From NCBI GenBank assembly GCA_963667015.2, contig CAXXJJ010000001.1, positions 1,120,001-1,184,000 of the forward strand: a stretch of 64,000 nucleotides of DNA. The letters are read 5' to 3'. Position numbers and translations under genes: made by a program. This document shows, piece after piece, positions 50,534 through 59,817 of this stretch (positions within the stretch are counted from its first letter, which is position 1; every line of letters begins with the position of its first letter). The notes beneath the pieces were generated by a model. That model worked only from the letters and a program-made list of their open reading frames with translations. It was not told the DNA's origin and ran no database searches. This DNA comes from Desulfatiglandales bacterium. Lineage in GTDB: Bacteria > Desulfobacterota > DSM-4660 > Desulfatiglandales > HGW-15.

Positions 50534-51241
50534 CTAAGCTCCAAAAAAAGGTTTTGCTATAAAATAGATCCCCATAATAATTATTATTATCCCTGCCCCT
50601 TTACGAAACCAGTTGCCGGTGTTCTGCCATCTGTTGTTTTCCATTATGTTTTTAACCAGTCCCACTGAGCTTCCTGCCACGGCAATGGGCAGACAATGCC
50701 CGGCAGCAAAGAGAAGGATAAACAACGTGCCGATAAGTATCTGTTTCTGTACAGTGATAAAGGCCAGGACAGGGGCGATAAAACCAAAGGTGCATGAACC
50801 AGAAAGAACGCCATATGCAAGCCCGAGTCCGAATGCCCCGCCAATACCCCTGAAATTTAATCTGTAGAGCAGGCTTCCTGAAACAGAACATCTTTCCACT
50901 CCCATCATTCCCAGTGCGACCCATATAAGTACAAGGCCTATGAGTATCTGCCAGTAACTACCTATATCTCCCATCATACGCCCGAGGAGGACGCAGGTGA
51001 TACCGACAAGGGCTATTGAAATGAAGAAACCCGATGTGAATACAACTGAGTACAACCCTGCCTTTCGCGGTGTCACTAATGTCTCCTGTCCGCCGACATA
51101 TGCAACAATAAGCGGTATGGAGGCCAGGTGACAGGGACTGAACAGGACGCTTATTATCCCCCATAAAAAACAGCCAAGGGCGGCAATGGCAGAGCCTCCG
51201 GTCATCCATTCATTAACAGTGAGGAAAATAGTATCGAACAT
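50534..51241 (-). CDS. ccdA: CcdA/DsbD-type transmembrane thiol-disulfide protein
   Basis: FSPC and second Cys (GSCT); 6 TM segments. Confidence 0.8.
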   Translation of the reverse strand: MFDTIFLTVNEWMTGGSAIAALGCFLWGIISVLFSPCHLASIPLIVAYVGGQETLVTPRKAGLYSVVFTSGFFISIALVGITCVLLGRMMGDIGSYWQILIGLVLIWVALGMMGVERCSVSGSLLYRLNFRGIGGAFGLGLAYGVLSGSCTFGFIAPVLAFITVQKQILIGTLFILLFAAGHCLPIAVAGSSVGLVKNIMENNRWQNTGNWFRKGAGIIIIIMGIYFIAKPFFGA

Positions 51242-51258
51242 TCAATGCTTCCTTTATA

Positions 51259-51648
51259 TTACTCCACACCCATTTTATTAAGCTGTTCTATTATGGCCTT
51301 TTCAGACATAAATCCCGTATGTCTGTAAATCTCCTTACCTTCCCTGTTAAAGAATATCTGGGTCGGCAGGGCCTTTAATTCGAAACGATACTGCTGTTCC
51401 GGATCGTCAAGGAGATTTATAAAGACGATCTCTGCCTTTCCCTGATATTTTATTTTAAGTTTTTCCAGTATCGGGGCCATCATCTTGCACTGGGTGCAGG
51501 TTTTTTTGCCCAGATCGATCATTGTTACAGTCCCTTTAACCGGAAGGTTTTTGAGAAAATTCTCATGTTCTTCATCAGTAGAAGCACTGACGCTTATTCC
51601 GACTGTCAGCAGAAAACAAAATATTACTGATATTATAAAAGATCTCAT
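51259..51648 (-). CDS. Exported thioredoxin-family protein
   Basis: CTQC, cis-Pro LPTQIFF and signal peptide. ATG 51648 follows GGAGG. Confidence 0.85.
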   Translation of the reverse strand: MRSFIISVIFCFLLTVGISVSASTDEEHENFLKNLPVKGTVTMIDLGKKTCTQCKMMAPILEKLKIKYQGKAEIVFINLLDDPEQQYRFELKALPTQIFFNREGKEIYRHTGFMSEKAIIEQLNKMGVE

Positions 51649-51756
51649 TATCTCCTCCATATTCCTTCTGTTCATTATCTGTTTAATGTCAGGTATATGT
51701 TTGATTGATATTTTTAAATGCGTTGCATGCAGTATCACAGCATCTTTCTTTTAATT

Positions 51757-52146
51757 TTATGCTACTCCTCCGCAGCACACTTTTTTGATTTCATCCTTTG
51801 CCCTCTGGACTTCAAGGTGTTTCAGGTCAAAGTCCTTGTTCTTCGGGATTCCCAGATCAGTTAATACAAGATAATCCTTCAGGGGAACGCCTGCCCTCTC
51901 AAGGGTTGCCTTTGCGCAGCCTACATCGCATCCGTCAATGGCAATCATTCTCGGGGTATCCTTTGCCGACTGAACAAAGCCCGAAAGAGCGCCACCTATA
52001 CCCGATAGGCAGAACATCTTTCCAAACCCTTCCTGTGTCAGTTCAACTGCTGCCCGGTTTGAAAGCTGGCCCACATTCGAGGCCCCTGAACATGCCAGAA
52101 TCATTATGTCTCCATTTGATGAACAACAATCTTCAGCCATTTTCAT
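51757..52146 (-). CDS. DGC-domain putative zinc-binding protein
   Basis: ACSGASNVGQ, MFCL and IDGC..GC. Confidence 0.85.
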   Translation of the reverse strand: MKMAEDCCSSNGDIMILACSGASNVGQLSNRAAVELTQEGFGKMFCLSGIGGALSGFVQSAKDTPRMIAIDGCDVGCAKATLERAGVPLKDYLVLTDLGIPKNKDFDLKHLEVQRAKDEIKKVCCGGVA

Positions 52147-52152
52147 TTCCTC

Positions 52153-52383
52153 CTATTGTATCCAGCCTTTTATTTCATCCTTGGTCGGTATCTTGCCTAC
52201 ACTCTTTACTACGCCATCAACTACGACCGCAGGAGTTCCGAAAACACCATGCTTTGCGATTTCAAGGGTATCGGTTATCTTTATTATCTCAGCTGAAATA
52301 CCGGTTTCAGCTACGGCTTCTTCTACAATTTTTCTGGTGGACTCGCATCTTTTGCATCCGGGTCCAAGTACCTTTATTTCCAT
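52153..52383 (-). CDS. Small redox-active disulfide protein 2 (thioredoxin-like)
   Basis: IKVLGPGCKRC and TPAVVVDG. Confidence 0.9.
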   Translation of the reverse strand: MEIKVLGPGCKRCESTRKIVEEAVAETGISAEIIKITDTLEIAKHGVFGTPAVVVDGVVKSVGKIPTKDEIKGWIQ

Positions 52384-52401
52384 GATATCCTCCGTTTAAA
52401 T

Positions 52402-53574
52402 TTACCCCGCGATCCATCCATAGGTCATACCTGCTACTGTAGATAGCAGAACAATTATTACACAAAATACCGCTGTCTTTTTTGCTCCCATTACGCCACC
52501 GATCACCAGCATGTTAGGCAGAGAGAGTGCGGGACCTGCCAGAAGCAGTGAAAGGGCAGGGCCTTTTCCCATTCCGGCGCCGATTAATCCCTGAAGTATC
52601 GGGACTTCGGTAAGGGTGGCAAAATACATCAATGCCCCGGATACTGAAGCAAAGAGGTTTGCCCATATGGAGTTCCCGCCAACAAGCTGTTCTATGTACT
52701 GCTCCGGTATAAGGGCAGGATGACCGGGTCTTCCTAGCATGAAACCTGCTACAAGTACACCTGCACCCAGAAGGGGAAAAATCTGTTTCATGAATCCCCA
52801 TGTGGCCTCTACCCAGCTTATTCTTTCATCTTTGCTGAACCAGGCCTTGAGCATAAGTCCCAGAATAATGAGAAGGAATATTGTTATAACCCATTTGGCT
52901 GAAAAGATTGCTGCCCAGATACCTGTTGATCCCTCTGCCGGCCTGGCAAAGGCTGCAAAGATCAGTATTAAAACCATGGTAAGCATATAGAAGGCTTCCT
53001 GGGTGAGTGTCCGCCCTTTTTCTTCTTCATCAGGGAGATAAATCTGTCCGGCTTCCCTGGCTGCATCTTCCTTCCTGAAGATAAATGCCATTAAAAGACC
53101 GGTTATTATTGCAAACAGGACAGCTCCTATTGCCCTTGCAACCCCGAGCTGCCAGCCCAGTATTCGTGAAGTAAGGATAATTGCCAGTACATTTATTGCC
53201 GGGCCTGAATATAAAAATGCCGTTGCCGGACCGATTCCTGCGCCTCTCGTATAAATACCTGCAAATAAAGGAAGCACAGTGCATGAACAGACTGCCAGAA
53301 CTGCACCAGATACTGAGGCAACCGAATATGAAAGTATTTTGCCTGCCTTTGCCCCGAAATATTTGAGCACAGATGCCTGTGAGACAAAGACCGAGATAGC
53401 CCCTGCAATAAAAAAGGCCGGGATAAGACATGTAAGCACATGCTCCCTTGCATATTCCTGGAGCATCATAAAGGCTTCAAGGCCCGATCTGCGAACAACA
53501 TCACTGCCCCAGGGTATGTAATACGCTCCTGCAAAAATAAGAATTATTATTAATAGTTTGGTTCGTTCTTTCAT
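52402..53574 (-). CDS. ArsP/DUF318 permease
   Basis: VCSCTVLPLF, GPAIN, YFATLTEVP and GPALSLP. Confidence 0.85.
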   Translation of the reverse strand: MKERTKLLIIILIFAGAYYIPWGSDVVRRSGLEAFMMLQEYAREHVLTCLIPAFFIAGAISVFVSQASVLKYFGAKAGKILSYSVASVSGAVLAVCSCTVLPLFAGIYTRGAGIGPATAFLYSGPAINVLAIILTSRILGWQLGVARAIGAVLFAIITGLLMAFIFRKEDAAREAGQIYLPDEEEKGRTLTQEAFYMLTMVLILIFAAFARPAEGSTGIWAAIFSAKWVITIFLLIILGLMLKAWFSKDERISWVEATWGFMKQIFPLLGAGVLVAGFMLGRPGHPALIPEQYIEQLVGGNSIWANLFASVSGALMYFATLTEVPILQGLIGAGMGKGPALSLLLAGPALSLPNMLVIGGVMGAKKTAVFCVIIVLLSTVAGMTYGWIAG

Positions 53575-53646
53575 TGTATTGCCCGGTTAAGATTTTTCAG
53601 GTTAATGCATATATTCCTATATGGCTATATATTAAGGATAAAAAAA

Positions 53647-53991
53647 TTATTTATAGCAGACCTCTTCTCTGTTGATAAAAGGAATCCTGTTGCGGAGTTT
53701 TTCGATGTCTTCTTCGTTTTCAAGCCAGTGTTTCAGGTTGCCAAGAAGGCTTGCCACATAGGGAGATTCGCTTCCGTCTGAAAGGTAATAGTCGACCCAC
53801 TGACCATCCTTTTTTCTTAAAACAATACCAGCGTCTTCCAGTATTTTAAGGTGCTTGGAGACACTTGGCTGGGCGATCTGCAGGGCTTCTCTCATTTCGC
53901 ACACGCACATTTTCTTATGCTGAAGCATTTTAACTATTTTAACCCTGTTGGGGTCGGAAAGGGCCTTCATTACTTTTATAAAGTTTTTCAT
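53647..53991 (-). CDS. arsR: ArsR/SmtB regulator
   Basis: KALSDPNR, MCVCE and QPSVSKHL..L..AG.V. Confidence 0.92.
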   Translation of the reverse strand: MKNFIKVMKALSDPNRVKIVKMLQHKKMCVCEMREALQIAQPSVSKHLKILEDAGIVLRKKDGQWVDYYLSDGSESPYVASLLGNLKHWLENEEDIEKLRNRIPFINREEVCYK

Positions 53992-54008
53992 AATATTTAT
54001 CCCTGGTT

Positions 54009-54053
54009 TATATTCCTTTTTGGGAATATATGATTTTAGGTTAGCGATGTCAA
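54009..54053 (-). promoter_or_regulatory. sigma70 promoter of arsR with overlapping operator
   Basis: TTGACA(54053-54048)-17 bp-TATATT(54030-54025). Inverted repeat TATATTCC-N6-GGAATATA (54009-54030), with a second degenerate copy at 53610-53631. Confidence 0.7.
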
Positions 54054-54091
54054 GGGGGAGATATTAAAAAAGCAAAAAGATAAAACATGTA

Positions 54092-54208
54092 TCTCGCAGA
54101 GCCCACAGAGTTCACAGAGAAAAACAAAAGACATTATAAGTTAAAAATAATAAAAAGCATTTCTCTGCGTTCTCTGTGAGCTCTAGTGACCGAAGGGAAC
54201 GGGCGAGA
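54092..54208. repeat. Inverted 9-nt-period arms (CACAGAG-type)
   Basis: TCTCGCAGAGCCCACAGAGTTCACAGAGA ... TCTCTGCGTTCTCTGTGAGCTCT...GCGAGA. Confidence 0.7.
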
Positions 54209-54310
54209 GATATTCTTATCGTTTGGGTATTAAATTTATTAATGCGTGTCTTGACTTTATTAAACAATTAAAATAATTTCCTAAAAAACTGACCAAAAGG
54301 AGATATAATC

Positions 54311-54991
54311 ATGAAAGTTCTTTTTTTCGGACCAAACGGCAGCGGAAAAGGCACCCAGGGTGCGATTGTTAAGGATAAACTGAATATTCCCCATATTGAA
54401 ACCGGCGTTATATTCAGGGAGAACATATCCAAGGGGACCGATCTTGGCAAAGAAGCAAAGGGATATATAGACAGGGGAGAACTGGTTCCTGACAGCATTA
54501 CAATTCCCATGATCCTTGACAGGCTTAAAGCCGATGACACAACCAATGGATGGCTTTTAGACGGATTTCCAAGAAACCTTACACAGGCCGAGGAGCTTGA
54601 CAAGGCACTCAAGGCAGAAGGCATTACCCTTGATATCGTTATCGAAATGGTACTGGACAGACAGATTGCCAAAGACAGGATAATGGGCCGCCGTCTCTGT
54701 GAAAATGACAACAACCATCCCAATAATATATTTATTGATGCAATCAAGCCTGATGGCGACAAATGCCGTGTCTGTGGTGGCGGATTGAAAACAAGATCCG
54801 ATGATCAGGATGAAGACGCAATCGATAAAAGACATAATATCTATTACGACACAGAAACCGGTACAATGGCAGCTGTAAATTATTATAAGAAGCTTTCGGC
54901 AGATAATAATGGCGTTCCAAGAATAATTGAGCTTGACGGCAAGGCCGGCATTAAAGAAGTATCAGCAGATCTTTTGGGTAAACTTCAGTAA
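54311..54991 (+). CDS. adk: Adenylate kinase
   Basis: GPNGSGKGTQ, LLDGFPR and LID domain C....H...C..C. Confidence 0.95.
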   Translation: MKVLFFGPNGSGKGTQGAIVKDKLNIPHIETGVIFRENISKGTDLGKEAKGYIDRGELVPDSITIPMILDRLKADDTTNGWLLDGFPRNLTQAEELDKALKAEGITLDIVIEMVLDRQIAKDRIMGRRLCENDNNHPNNIFIDAIKPDGDKCRVCGGGLKTRSDDQDEDAIDKRHNIYYDTETGTMAAVNYYKKLSADNNGVPRIIELDGKAGIKEVSADLLGKLQ

Positions 54992-55029
54992 TTTCAATTT
55001 TTTTAAAAAAATTCCATTAGTTGTACACG

Positions 55030-55060
55030 CGCCCCGCGGTCCTGCTGCAGGGCGTTTTTT
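55030..55060 (+). terminator. Intrinsic terminator of adk
   Basis: CGCCC...GGGCG followed by T7. Confidence 0.55.
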
Positions 55061-55289
55061 ATTTTTGAAGCGCGAGGTCTGATACCTCCTCCTTTGCGAT
55101 GGATTAATCATTATTCCTCAAAACCTCTTCAATGCGGTCCTCATACTGGCTTTTTGTTATCCTGAGCACTTTTTTATGTATTAAAAAGTGTAAAAGTATA
55201 TAAAAGTATACGCTAAAATTTATAAATTTATCTGTAAATTCACCTCTAAATATGCACCCTCAGCGGTTAGTAAGTAAATTAATATGATA

Positions 55290-55302
55290 AATCAAGTAGT
55301 TA
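55290..55302 (+). promoter_or_regulatory. IHF-binding consensus
   Basis: AATCAAGTAGTTA matches WATCAANNNNTTR, about 30 bp upstream of the sigma54 -24 element. Confidence 0.6.
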
Positions 55303-55329
55303 TAAATATTTTTAATTAAAAATCATAAT

Positions 55330-55345
55330 TGGAACATAAATTGCT
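55330..55345 (+). promoter_or_regulatory. sigma54 (-24/-12) promoter
   Basis: TGGAACATAAATTGCT with exact GG-N10-GC spacing. Predicted TSS ~55356, just upstream of the riboswitch. Confidence 0.7.
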
Positions 55346-55367
55346 ATATAGGTAGGCAAGTCGCTTG

Positions 55368-55454
55368 ATAAGGGCAAACCGTTCGAAAGGGCGGGACGCA
55401 AAGCCGATGGCCTAAGTTCTCAGTTAAAAGGGAATATGGTTGCAAGGTTGCCGG
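55368..55454 (+). ncRNA. c-di-GMP-I (GEMM-I) riboswitch
   Basis: AGGGCAAACC...GAAA...GGGACGCAAAGCC...CCTAA...ATGGT.GC..GGTTGCCG consensus. Confidence 0.88.
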
Positions 55455-55522
55455 GCGGATTAGCACACTCCAGAGTGCTGATTTGGCCAAAGGCTAAAGC
55501 GGAAAATCTCGGAGGTGCTTAA

Positions 55523-56368
55523 ATGTCTTGCAGAAAAATCGATAGTTACTTCAGTTCCAGGATTCAGACCCTTTTAGTTTCTGTTTTTCTAATATTAATA
55601 TTTGCCGCATCAGCTTCCGCACGTGAAGTTACTCTCTCCTGGGATGCCAACAGCGAGCCAGATCTCGACCATTATGTTGTATACTGGGGAGTTATTCCGG
55701 GTGATTATTCCTACAATAGCGGTGATATCGGACTGGCTAACGATTTTTCAGTTGATATCCCGGATGATGGCCAGGCCTACTTTTTTGCAGTTACAGCAGT
55801 CGATGAAGCCGGACTCGAAAGTGACTATTCTAATGAGGTCAGCACCGATGGTACATCAGCCGCAGATCCGACAATCCATATCCTGCCTATCAACAGCAAC
55901 TGGAATTTAATTTCTATCTCCGGCGGATCAGGAACAACTGCAATTGAAGATGTTCTTGCACCGATAATGGAAAATGTAATCAGTGTATGGGCATATGAGA
56001 ATGGTTCATGGCTGGTCTATGACCCTGCAAATCCGGATTACAGTGATCTTCTTGAGGTAGAGCCCGGACAGGGTCTGTGGGTAAACATGAGTGTTGATTC
56101 AGAACTGTCAATTCCCGGGGAAATACCAACTGATGGTATTGATCTTTCAGAGGGGTGGAACCTTGTAGGCTTTAGTTCACCCGATTCCCTGGAAATATCT
56201 GATGCCATATATTCAATTGAAGAAAATGTTGTGAGTGTGTGGGCCTATCAAAATGGTCAATGGCTGATTTATGACCCTCAGAATCCTGATTACAGCGATC
56301 TTACAACAATGGATCCGGGTTATGGTTACTGGATAAAAATGAGTTCATCAAGTGTCTGGTCATACTAA
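55523..56368 (+). CDS. Secreted fibronectin type III protein with a duplicated C-terminal domain
   Basis: Signal peptide, VTLSWD.N.E.DL..Y.VY.G...YFFAVTA.D..G.ES.YSNEV, then two WNL...SVWAY...YDP.NPDYSDL...PG.G.W repeats. Confidence 0.8.
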   Translation: MSCRKIDSYFSSRIQTLLVSVFLILIFAASASAREVTLSWDANSEPDLDHYVVYWGVIPGDYSYNSGDIGLANDFSVDIPDDGQAYFFAVTAVDEAGLESDYSNEVSTDGTSAADPTIHILPINSNWNLISISGGSGTTAIEDVLAPIMENVISVWAYENGSWLVYDPANPDYSDLLEVEPGQGLWVNMSVDSELSIPGEIPTDGIDLSEGWNLVGFSSPDSLEISDAIYSIEENVVSVWAYQNGQWLIYDPQNPDYSDLTTMDPGYGYWIKMSSSSVWSY

Positions 56369-56628
56369 TATCTGGCTGTAATATAAAATAATATAAATTA
56401 CTTTCTTCCTTCACTTCGGTCTTGAGAACATCATAGATATCTCAAGGCCGAAGCGCATTTTAAACCCTGCCGGTTAAATGATTAATCATAAAATACAACG
56501 GTATTATTCTTTGTTCTTTTAAAGAATACAAAAATATGCTAACAAACATATGTTTTTGATAAGATTAGGAAAAATAAGGGGTAAAAGATAAGTTGGCATG
56601 TTTCGGGATCAGCCCCTGCCTGAAAAAT

Positions 56629-56650
56629 AAAAAGGGAGCATGCGCTCCCT
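56629..56650 (-). terminator. Terminator downstream of tRNA-His
   Basis: Minus strand AGGGAGCGCATGCTCCCT followed by a T-rich tract. Confidence 0.65.
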
Positions 56651-56665
56651 GATATTTTAATTGAA

Positions 56666-56742
56666 TGGGGTGAGTGACGGGACTTGAACCCGCGGCATCT
56701 TGGGCCACAACCAAGTGCTCTGCCAGCTGAGCTACACCCACC
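56666..56742 (-). tRNA. tRNA-His(GTG)
   Basis: Minus strand G(-1)-GTGGGTG...TT-GTG-GC...GGTTCAAGTCC-CACTCAC-C-CCA. His-specific G-1:C73 pair; CCA is encoded. Confidence 0.95.
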
Positions 56743-56830
56743 ATATTTTTCCTACTCTATTTACCATGGTTTTTAAATTTTGCAACAAAAAGATGGAAAA
56801 TATTAATGATCAAGGAGCAGGTCGGGCAAT

Positions 56831-58249
56831 ATGACAGAAAACAGGGCAGAATTATTTCGAATGATACCGGCAGTGGACCGGCTGCTGGAGACCTCTGGAA
56901 TTAAAGATATATCAGATGAATATCCCAGAAAACTTATCCTCAGGGCGATCAATGAAATCCTGGCTGAAACGAGAAAAGGCATTGAAAAGGGAGAGATAAC
57001 AGGGGAGAGCAGTGCTATCGACCAGGGGCATATAATCGGTAAAATAAAGGAACGTCTTGAATTCCTTTCCCGATCCAGCCTGCGGAATGTTATCAATGCC
57101 ACTGGCGTTGTTATTCACACAAATCTTGGAAGATCTCTCCTTGCAGAAAGGGTAATAGAAAAATTCAGGGACATAAGCGGGGGATACAGCAATCTTGAGT
57201 ATGACCTGGAAAAAGGGAAAAGGGGAAGCCGCTATTCCCATGTTGAAGGAATCCTGAAAGAGTTAACTTCTGCCGAGGCAGCCATGGTTGTAAATAATAA
57301 TGCCGCAGCAGTCCTTATTACCCTCGAAACAATAGCAAAGGATCATGAGGCGATCGTATCCAGGGGCGAGCTTGTGGAGATCGGAGGATCTTTCAGAATC
57401 CCTGATGTCATGAAAAAAAGCGGTGCAACGATGGTGGAGGTAGGAACAACAAACAAGACCCATCTTAAGGACTATGAAGAGGCAATATCCCCTGAAACCG
57501 CCGCAATACTGAAGGTCCACAGGAGCAACTTTCAGATAGTAGGCTTTAACGAAGAAGTGGAAAGATCTGCCCTTGTGGAGCTAGGGCAGAAACATAATAT
57601 CCCGGTAATTGAAGATCTTGGGAGCGGTTCTTTTATAGATCTTTCAAAATACGGTATGGACTGGGAGCCGACCGTACAGCAGGTACTGGATGAAGGTGTG
57701 GATCTGGTAACCTTTAGCGGTGATAAACTTTTAGGCGGCCCCCAGGCAGGCATAATCCTCGGTAAAAGGGAACTGGTTGAAAAGATAAAGATGAACCAGC
57801 TTAACAGGGCTTTCAGAATAGACAAACTTACCCTTCTTGCCCTGGAAGAGACGCTCAATATCTACAGGGATGAACGAAAGGCCCTTGAGATAATACCCAC
57901 ACTCAGGATGATCTGCCAGTCACTCGAAAGCCTCAAGGCAAAGGCAGGCCGGCTTGCCAGGATGATAAAGCCTAAAGACGGGGATAATTTTAAGGTTGAC
58001 ACTGTAGACGGCACATCAAAGGTCGGGGGAGGCGCAATGCCCCTCATGGCACTCCATACGCGTCTTTTAAGACTCAGACCGGAAAAAATGACAGCTCATC
58101 ATATAAATGAAACACTTAAATCCTGTGATCCGCCCATAATTGTAAGGGTCGAGCAGGATAGCGTACTTCTGGATGTTAGGACCATACAGGATAGAGAGTT
58201 AAGAACTGTGGCAAAGGCTATAAATGAACTGAATTCGGCCAGTGAATAG
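56831..58249 (+). CDS. selA: L-seryl-tRNA(Sec) selenium transferase
   Basis: VINATGVVIHTNLGR, SRGELVEIGGSFRIP, EVGTTN and FSGDKLLGGPQAG. Confidence 0.95.
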   Translation: MTENRAELFRMIPAVDRLLETSGIKDISDEYPRKLILRAINEILAETRKGIEKGEITGESSAIDQGHIIGKIKERLEFLSRSSLRNVINATGVVIHTNLGRSLLAERVIEKFRDISGGYSNLEYDLEKGKRGSRYSHVEGILKELTSAEAAMVVNNNAAAVLITLETIAKDHEAIVSRGELVEIGGSFRIPDVMKKSGATMVEVGTTNKTHLKDYEEAISPETAAILKVHRSNFQIVGFNEEVERSALVELGQKHNIPVIEDLGSGSFIDLSKYGMDWEPTVQQVLDEGVDLVTFSGDKLLGGPQAGIILGKRELVEKIKMNQLNRAFRIDKLTLLALEETLNIYRDERKALEIIPTLRMICQSLESLKAKAGRLARMIKPKDGDNFKVDTVDGTSKVGGGAMPLMALHTRLLRLRPEKMTAHHINETLKSCDPPIIVRVEQDSVLLDVRTIQDRELRTVAKAINELNSASE

Positions 58250-58263
58250 GATATGGAGCCATT

Positions 58264-58845
58264 ATGAAAGATATTATTGATGATATCCTTCAGGAAAGTA
58301 TAAAGGTTAAGGAACAGTTTATCAGTGATTGCAGCGAGGACCTGATAATCCTTGCAAGAAAAATTGTCGTTTCATTTACCAGCGACAGAAAGCTGATGCT
58401 CTGCGGAAACGGCGGCAGTGCTGCTGATGCACAGCATATTACAGCGGGATTTGTAAATAAATTTGAAATGGATCGGCCGCCGCTTCCGGCTATTTCTCTT
58501 TCTACAGATACCTCTATTATTACATGCATTGGGGATGATCATTCTTTTAATGAAATATTCACAAAGCAGATAAAGGCCATCGGGCTTGAAGGTGATATTC
58601 TGCTTGCTATCAGCACGAGCGGAAATTCACAAAATGTTGTTGCCGCCGCCGAGACAGCCAGGGACATGGGTATTTATGTGGCAGGCATGACCGGAGGCAA
58701 GGGAGGCAAGCTGAAGGATGTCTCTGATATCTGCCTGACTGTCCCTGCCGACAGGACCGCCAGGATACAGGAATGCCATATGCTTGCAGGGAATATCCTG
58801 TGTAAGCTGGTGGATTATATCCTGTTCCAGGGCGGGGACGAATAA
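58264..58845 (+). CDS. GmhA/DiaA-family SIS-domain protein
   Basis: CGNGGSAADAQH, STSGNS.N and RIQE.H. Two GmhA metal ligands are substituted. Confidence 0.8.
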   Translation: MKDIIDDILQESIKVKEQFISDCSEDLIILARKIVVSFTSDRKLMLCGNGGSAADAQHITAGFVNKFEMDRPPLPAISLSTDTSIITCIGDDHSFNEIFTKQIKAIGLEGDILLAISTSGNSQNVVAAAETARDMGIYVAGMTGGKGGKLKDVSDICLTVPADRTARIQECHMLAGNILCKLVDYILFQGGDE

Positions 58846-59049
58846 AAAAGGGTCTACGGTTTGAGGTGTGCGGTAAACCCTTGAATAAGGCGTAATAATT
58901 ATTAAATTTTTAAATATTTAAATCGTTACCGGAAATTCTGACCCTGGTGTAAAAAACTTTACAACTCCGATTATGGATTTTATAAAGAGTTTCAGGTCTG
59001 TAATAAATATCTTTTACAGGCCGGATTGAGAATCGCAAGGAGAATTAAG

Positions 59050-59286
59050 ATGCCTATTTTTGAATATAAGTGCATGAAATGTAATGAAGAATTCGAGTGT
59101 ATAGTTCTGGGCGGGGATACTGTCACATGCCCTGAATGTAATACAAAAAAGGTAAAACGTAAAATGTCTGCCTGCAGTTTTAAGAGCGGTGGAAGCAGTG
59201 GCGGTGACTATTCTGCTCCCTCCAGTTCAGGTTCTTCATCAGGCTGTTCCGGGTGTTCAGGCGGCAGTTGTTCAACCTGCCATTGA
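59050..59286 (+). CDS. FmdB-family zinc ribbon protein
   Basis: MPIFEYKC..C..FE...CP.C and Ser/Gly-rich tail CSGC....CSTC. Confidence 0.85.
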   Translation: MPIFEYKCMKCNEEFECIVLGGDTVTCPECNTKKVKRKMSACSFKSGGSSGGDYSAPSSSGSSSGCSGCSGGSCSTCH

Positions 59287-59312
59287 TCCTCGATATAATT
59301 CAGGAGAAGTGA

Positions 59313-59792
59313 ATGTTCCGTATTGGTTTTGGATATGATGTCCATCGCCTGGTTGAGGACCGCAGGCTTGTGCTGGGCGGGATAGAGATACCCTGGGATC
59401 TTGGCCTGCTTGGCCATTCTGACGCCGATGTACTGGTTCATGCCATAATGGACGGTATACTCGGGGCACTGGGACGGGGAGATATTGGACGGCATTTCCC
59501 TGATTCCGATCCTGCCTTTAAGGATAAGGACAGCCTTCTGATGCTCCAGGATGTAATGCTGATGGTCAAGGATGACGGATACGCCATAAACAATATTGAC
59601 AGTACAATAGTTGCCCAGAAACCGAAACTGGCCCCCTACATTGACAGGATGAGGGAAAAACTTTCAGGCATACTTTATGTGGATATCGGCAGAATCAATA
59701 TAAAGGCGACAACTACCGAAGGTATGGGCTTTGCCGGCAAAGGAGAGGGTATGGAGGCATATTCGGTTGTCAGTCTGGCCAAAGTGTTTTAA
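59313..59792 (+). CDS. ispF: 2-C-methyl-D-erythritol 2,4-cyclodiphosphate synthase
   Basis: RIG.GYDVH, GHSDADV..HA and KATTTE. Confidence 0.95.
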   Translation: MFRIGFGYDVHRLVEDRRLVLGGIEIPWDLGLLGHSDADVLVHAIMDGILGALGRGDIGRHFPDSDPAFKDKDSLLMLQDVMLMVKDDGYAINNIDSTIVAQKPKLAPYIDRMREKLSGILYVDIGRINIKATTTEGMGFAGKGEGMEAYSVVSLAKVF

Positions 59793-59817
59793 GGTCTACG
59801 GTTTAGATAGGAATAAA

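Noticed and set aside
56666..56742. tRNA-Sec next to selA, or an integration site
   Set aside because: The anticodon is GTG with G-1:C73 and no long variable arm, so it is tRNA-His. I found no duplicated tRNA 3' end in the window.
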